Origin: the human T2T-CHM13v2.0 reference genome, Homo sapiens
Direction: 5' to 3' (one strand)
Assembly: GCF_009914755.1 (NCBI RefSeq)
Contig: NC_060929.1
Length of the DNA stretch: 64,000 nt
Part shown: positions 57,721 to 64,000 of the stretch, piece by piece
Layout of the letters: each line of letters opens with the position of its first letter
Numbering within the stretch: the stretch's first letter is position 1
Notes under the pieces: model-generated
Database searches by the model: none
What the model saw: the letters and a program-made list of their open reading frames with translations, nothing else
Told to the model about the DNA's origin: nothing
Translations under genes and position numbers: made by a program

Positions 57721-59094
57721 GTACAATCTTTGTGGTGGCAAATGTGAAACAGGAGAAATCTGACACTTCAGCAGGGATAAGCCCCTTTCCAACACTTCAA
57801 CAATTGATTGATATATCCAACAGCATATCCACCTTGGCTTACCACCCCAGCACTGAGCAGAGCTCTTGGCAAAGTGAGCATGCTGTAAATACTTGTTAAA
57901 TGATTGAATAAATTGAATAAATAAATGAATTCATCTCTCAGAGGTTATGTGCTCATGTTTTTTTCTACATTTATTTTGCTCCATACTTTTCTTATGTAAT
58001 AATTAATCATGTAACACCTTGTGGCAGATCACATTACTCACCTTGTACTGCATTATTTAACTTCTCATATATTTATGTCTTACTTTCTAAGATAGACCAT
58101 GAGTTATCTGAAGCAGGTATTATATGCCTTTGTAAGCCCTTCAGTACCTTTAGGTACACTTAAAGTAAGTTAATAACATTCATGGAGACCACAAATAGTT
58201 GGTGCAGTCAGCCTCCTCCTTATAAGGGTTGCCCCTCTGAGGATATTACACAGTTCCTTCTTTACAGCCCAGGATTTCTAAAGTTCCTCAATTGAATTGC
58301 CGTCTATCTTGTTTCTCAATGCACAGGGCCATTGTCAACATAGTGGACCTCAAAAATCAACCCAACTAAAGAGGGATTAGCAGATTATTGGAAGTAAAAG
58401 TGGTATGGAGGAACTCAGGGATGGTCTAAATCAATTCCCTCATTTTGGCTATGAGTAACCAAGGGCAACTCTCAAAGTAAAAATATTTGCTTAAGGTTAT
58501 AGAGCAACTTGAGAGCCCAGAGATCCTGACCCCAGAAATTCTGCTGCCTGTGGAGATGACAAGCTCCTGGATGCAGGACACTACCTCAATAATGACTTTA
58601 CTTTTCATTAACTAGACTTACATTTTTTAAACATTCGTTTTCAAATGGCCCCATCAGCCAACACAAAAGAAGAGGGATTGCTTTGAGTATAAAATGCGTA
58701 GGGGATCATGCTTCTCTTTCTCCACAAATCAAAGAAATGAAAGATTGGATGTCAGGACTTGCACCACAGAAGCCCTTTCTGGAGGGACTGAAAAGATTTT
58801 ATTGTACTCTCTGAAAGTTAGTAATTGCATTTCAAAAAGAAAATAAAAGTGATGAGTATTTCCCCTTGAGTTCAAAGACACCCGCTAATTTTGTCCTTTA
58901 CTACTCAACTCCTGGCATTAGATTATAAATATAGTGCAGATAGGAGCACCATTTACCAGCTGGATTCCTGAGACTGGTGAAGAATTTAGCACTGGCAAAG
59001 CTCATCCTTCAATGACTGCCTTCTATTATAATTAGTGGTGTAGTGTACCTGCTCCTTGAGGGCAGCAACTGTGCTTTATTCTTACTGACTTTCT

Positions 59095-59640
59095 AAACGT
59101 GTAAATCACTAGGGATTCCTCTTCTACTGAAAGTCCTACAATGAGTTTAAGATAATTCAAAATAAATTTGAGCTCCTTCTCAGGGCCCTTCACAAGGAGC
59201 TAAAATCTGGCCCTGATCACTTCTTTGGCTTACTTCACACTGTTCTCTCTTTACATACTTGCTCCAGCCACTGTGGCCATCTTCCTTGTCCTCCAGCAGG
59301 CCAAGCTTGCCAGTGCCCTTGTATGCTGTTCCCTCTGCCTGGAATGCTGTGCTCTAAGGACTTCAAATGATGATTTCTTCTCATAACTAAGGTCTCAGTT
59401 CAAATACCTCTGCCAAGAGGTCTTCAAGGCACACTCCGTCATACTCACCCTATTTTATTTCTTCTACAACACATCTCAATAACTGAAGTTATCTTGTATA
59501 TTTATTTTTTATTTCCTTGTTGTCTGTCTTGTGCCTCTAGAATATAAGCTCTTTAAGAATATAGATCTCATCTTGTTCACTGCTATATTCCCAGTTCCTA
59601 GAAGAGTACGTGGCACATAGCAGGTGCTTAGTAAATAGTC
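59095..59640 (+). mobile_element. L2a 3' fragment
   Basis: tgctgttccctctgcctggaatgct...tcttgttcactgctatattccca...tggcacatagcaggtgctta. Confidence 0.8.
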
Positions 59641-59746
59641 ATTTACTGCATCCCCTATAGTGCCTCATACCACAGTGTCACAGGTGGAGAGGCCAAAATC
59701 ATATGATAAAGAGAAAAGAGGGCCATCTAATTTATAGTTAAGATTA

Positions 59747-60065
<319 letters not shown>

Positions 60066-61859
60066 CTATATAAACACGATGGTCACCAATACAGGGCTGA
60101 TGGAAAGACAGATTATTTGGCTAGTTACTGTATCTGTGTCCTTAAGTACCACTGCTGTTTTTAAAATGGTAATAGAAAAATTTTATGCAGGGCTTCAAAT
60201 AGTTTCTTCTCAAAATCTGTTGTTCCTTTCCATTTGGATATATCAGTAGTTTATGGTAGAAAAAATACTGGACTAGTTAGAAATGGCAAATTGGTTTATC
60301 TCATGTGGCCAATTTGAATTGATAGCTGCCTAGAGGACCTAGGTAGGTGGTATCATGAGGTGATAGCTGCCTGGGGGAGCTAGGTAGAGGTATTCTGAGA
60401 ATAAATGCAAATTTGCATGTCTGCTCTGGCCCTGTTTGGGAAGTGGCTATGTGATGATGAATTATAAGTCTTTCCAATTGCAGTGACTGCCTTTTGTCAC
60501 ATAAAAGCAAAGTACTGTAGATAGATGCTCTGGAAAAGTAGTTTAATTGAATTATACAACTATCTAGGTTAATGAAATCAAATGGGATTTTCACTTTCTC
60601 CTTGGTGCAATAATGAAGAAATCAAGAGGGCTGCATCATTTTTAGCATGTGACTTTGGACAGATCATAACCTTTTAGCTTTAGTTCTCTTGATTCTAAAG
60701 TGGCTCAAATAATTTTAATCCACCTAAGATTATTAAGGGATCAAATAAAAAATATCTAATCAAAACCAATATTATTATGCTATACAAATGTATGGTACTT
60801 TGTGGGAATCTGCGAACCTCCATACCATACTCACTCCCTATGTGTCCTGAATTTTCTTGGCCTTACTCAACTTTTGGGTGCCACCATGTGGCCCCTTGCC
60901 TCCCCCAGCAGTCATGGATGTCATTTTAAAATAGGCTCTAAGCTTTGATGTGCAGCTAAGGCAGAGCCTCTCAGATGCTGCTTGATACCACCCATGCAAC
61001 GGATCCCGGGCATTGCTTTGCCGATATCTTGCCTCATCTAGGAATTTGTTTTGGAATATGTCTTGGACTACAAATTGTTATCTGGGAAGCTGGTAGATTT
61101 ATTAACTTAATTAATGCTGGGAAAGTAAACAATAGCTTTTCAGGGATTAAACTTTTAGGCTGGAGACTGTTTTTTTAGAGGGACCACGTGCATTGTTCTG
61201 TTCCCAAGTCTATGTGCTTTTTATCTTCTGGCCAGTGTTCAGACTTGTTGCCAGTTTCTCATAGAACGTTTGGCAGAAAAATGAGGAGGAAGGCACCAGG
61301 GAAACAGAAATGGAGCAAAGTGGTAAGAAATTCTTTAAGAAGTCTGGGAGCCACGAGGGAGAGGGAACCAGAAGAAAGTGTGCTGACTGACAAGTGATGG
61401 AAAATCACTGAACCATAATAGACCTCACTTGTATTGACATGCGCTAACTGAAGTGAACAGCTGGGGTAAAGTTACTGAGCATCTTATTTCGGAGTTTGGC
61501 AGTGGACCGAACTCTATTTGCAAAGGAGACAGCTACGACAGGATTTTACAGGTCTAATGCAGAACAAAAATGTAGTCAGCTCAGCCCAGCAACTGAAGTA
61601 TAGCAAGAGGCCTTTACTTTTGTTAGACACAGTTTTTATAGAAGAGATACCCCGCTGGCTCTCCTTTCATGTATAGCATTTGAGATAGCTTGAGCCTGTT
61701 GTTTGATTCCCTTCAGTATAGTCAGGATTGTAATTTAGCAGCATGCTTGTGCAGGTGATACACTATATCAGGTGCTTTAACCATGTAACCGAAAAACAAC
61801 AACAAACAACAACAACAAACACAGAAAAGAAATTACATAGTAGTGTGACTTCTAAAAGC

Positions 61860-62110
61860 TAACAACATTAACTGAACACTTACTCTGTGTCAATCACTGT
61901 GCCAAATCCTTTTATATGCTTACCTTATTTAATCCTCACAGTAACCCTATGTGGTTGGTACTATAATTATCTCTGTTTTGCAGGTGGGGAACCTGAGGCT
62001 TGGAGATATGAAGTTATATGCTCCGATGCAGAGTTAGCAAGTGACAGAGCAAGAACTGCAATGTAAATGCATCTGACACTCAAGCCTGTGTTCTTCACCA
62101 TGAGGTCCTA
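61860..62110 (-). mobile_element. MIR (representative; others near 1340-1500, 6810-6975, 8585-8720, 14230-14400, 20660-20840, 32660-32910, 33435-33615, 36100-36340, 37195-37410, 38105-38340, 63800-63940)
   Basis: tttaatcctcacagtaaccctatg...ttttgcaggtgggaacctgaggct...aagtgacagagc CORE-SINE motifs. Confidence 0.75.
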
Positions 62111-62518
62111 CTGTCACCACAGTCTACACACACCTAAGATGTGTGGGAATTCATGGGACCACTTCTGCTCTGACTGTTTCAGTCTTTTGCCTTGGTGTTT
62201 AATATTGTATCATGTTATTCTCTTTTGTCTCCCAGTGTTTTGGTATCATGTTACTGCAACTCTGGAGGTTTTGCTGGCTGGTAGCTGGGTCACTTAGAGT
62301 CTTCAAATGATTCTTATTCCTTTGGAAGCGCTTTATAGAGCAAAGAAAGTTGGTGGAAGTGGGAAAAGATAGGTGGCTGATTTCCTCTCCTTGATCTTAG
62401 GAGGACAACTGGGCTTAGGGGCCCCAGAGGAGACGGTGAGCTCAATGGAGTATTGTTTTATGCTGCATTCTGCAGGCAGGGACTACATGCCCAGCTCACT
62501 AAGGAAGTTCCACCATTT

Positions 62519-63322
62519 CTTTTTTTTTTTTTAATTTCTTCTAAAAAATAAAACAAAACAAAAATGGGATACATGCACAGAAAATGCAGGTTTGTTACAT
62601 AGGTGTACGTGTGTCATGGTGGTTTGCTGCACCTATTGACCCGTCCTTTAAGTCCTTTAAGTTCCCTCACCTCACCTCCCATCCCCTAATGGGCCCTGGT
62701 GTGTGTTGTTCCCCTCTCTGTGTCTATGCGTTCTCATTGTTCGACTCCTACTTATAAGTGAGAACATGCAGTGTTTGGTTTTCTGTTCCTGTGTTAGTTT
62801 GCTAAGGGTAATGGCTTTCAGCTTCATCTATGTCCCTGCAAAGGGCATGATCTCATTCCTTTTTATGGCTGCATAGTATTCCATGGTATGTATGTACCAC
62901 ATTTTCTTTATCCAGTTAAACATTGATGGGCATTCGGGTTGGTTCCATGTCTTTGCTATTGTAAATAGCACTGCAATAAACATATGTGTGCATCTGTCTT
63001 TATAGTAGAATGATTTATATTCCTCTGGGTATATACCCAGTAATGGGACTGCTGGGTCAAATGGTGTTTCTGGTTCTAGATCTTTGAGGAATCACCATAC
63101 TTCAACCATCCTCCACAACGGTTGAACTAATTTACATTCCCACCAACAGTGTAAAAGCGATCCTATTTCTCCACAGCCTCGCCAACACCTATTGTTTCCT
63201 GACTTTTTAATAATTACCATTCTGACTGGCATAAGATGGTATCTCATTGTGGTTTTGATTTGTGTTTCTCTGATAATCAGAAACATTGAGCTTTTTTTCA
63301 TACATTTGTTGTCCGCATAAAC
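62519..63322 (-). mobile_element. L1PA8-like 3' fragment
   Basis: gcaggtttgttacataggt...ggtggtttgctgcacctattgaccc; ORF2 C-terminal peptide [29 protein letters not shown]. Confidence 0.9.
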
Positions 63323-63359
63323 ATCAATTTCTATTGGAAGCACTGCTGTCTCTAATTCT

Positions 63360-63782
63360 GTGGTGTTGGCTTGTGAACATAGATGGAAAAAATAATTATA
63401 CCCTTTTCACCTTCACTTTAGTGAAATTTAACATTCCGTTTAATTATAGATGTAGATAACAAACCATAGTAGTATATGCAGGACCTATGGCTTCGTCACC
63501 AACAGAATTCAGATATTTTCATATCATATTTCTGATGTTGTAGATACCTTAGAATATCACTATACCAAATGCCACTTCCAAATTATGGTTGCTGTTAGAC
63601 TTGCTGCTAGATTTTGTAACTTAATGAGTATGTGTGAATTACTATATCACAATTAAACATATTTTGACAATTGTATTTAAATGTAATTGATTTCCTTTGA
63701 ACCATTTTTATTATCTTTAATTTCAAACTTTTTTTCTGGGAAGAGGATCTATAGGCTTCACCAGACAAGTAAGAACACCTGT
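63360..63782 (+). mobile_element. Charlie4a/MER80-like hAT element
   Basis: gtgaacatagatggaaaaaa...cagatattttcatatc...taggcttcaccagac...taagaacacctg. Confidence 0.7.
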
Positions 63783-64000
63783 TCTTCTTCACTCATTTAG
63801 AAATATCTTATATGCATTACTCATTTACTCTGCACACCAGCACTATGAGGTGGGTACTATTTACTGTTATCATCCCCCATTTTAAGGATTAGAAACTGAG
63901 ATGCCAGAGATGGGGGAACTTTTCCAAGGTGAACCCAAATATTGATTGAGTGCTCATTGTATGGATTCTTTATACAGCTCAGCATCAGCATCATCCTCTC

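Overview
This is human genomic DNA (an AluYb8 is present), not prokaryotic. The only gene I can support is HMHB1, the minor histocompatibility antigen HB-1 (5q31 region, from recall). Its two-exon, CTG-initiated 41-aa ORF (8056-8092 + 16266-16354; MEEQPECREEKRGSLHVWKSELVEVEDDVYLRHSSSLTYRL) is missed by the ORF track and carries the His allele of the epitope EEKRGSLHVW. The rest is intronic or intergenic and dominated by fossil TEs: eight Alu loci, a full-length dead L1PA4-like element, L1PB/L1PA8/L1M fragments, L2, MIR, MaLR LTRs and hAT transposons. Nearly all listed ORFs are TE-derived or chance. The most interesting unexplained structures are a ~300-bp, ~90%-identical non-Alu inverted repeat in the HMHB1 intron, an AluYb8/AluS chimeric trimer, alternative starts and frames on the MIR-derived HMHB1 exon 1, and B-cell/EBV-type motif clusters. 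I found no evidence of a novel multi-gene system. TE subfamily names and most ancient-repeat boundaries were judged by eye and are approximate.
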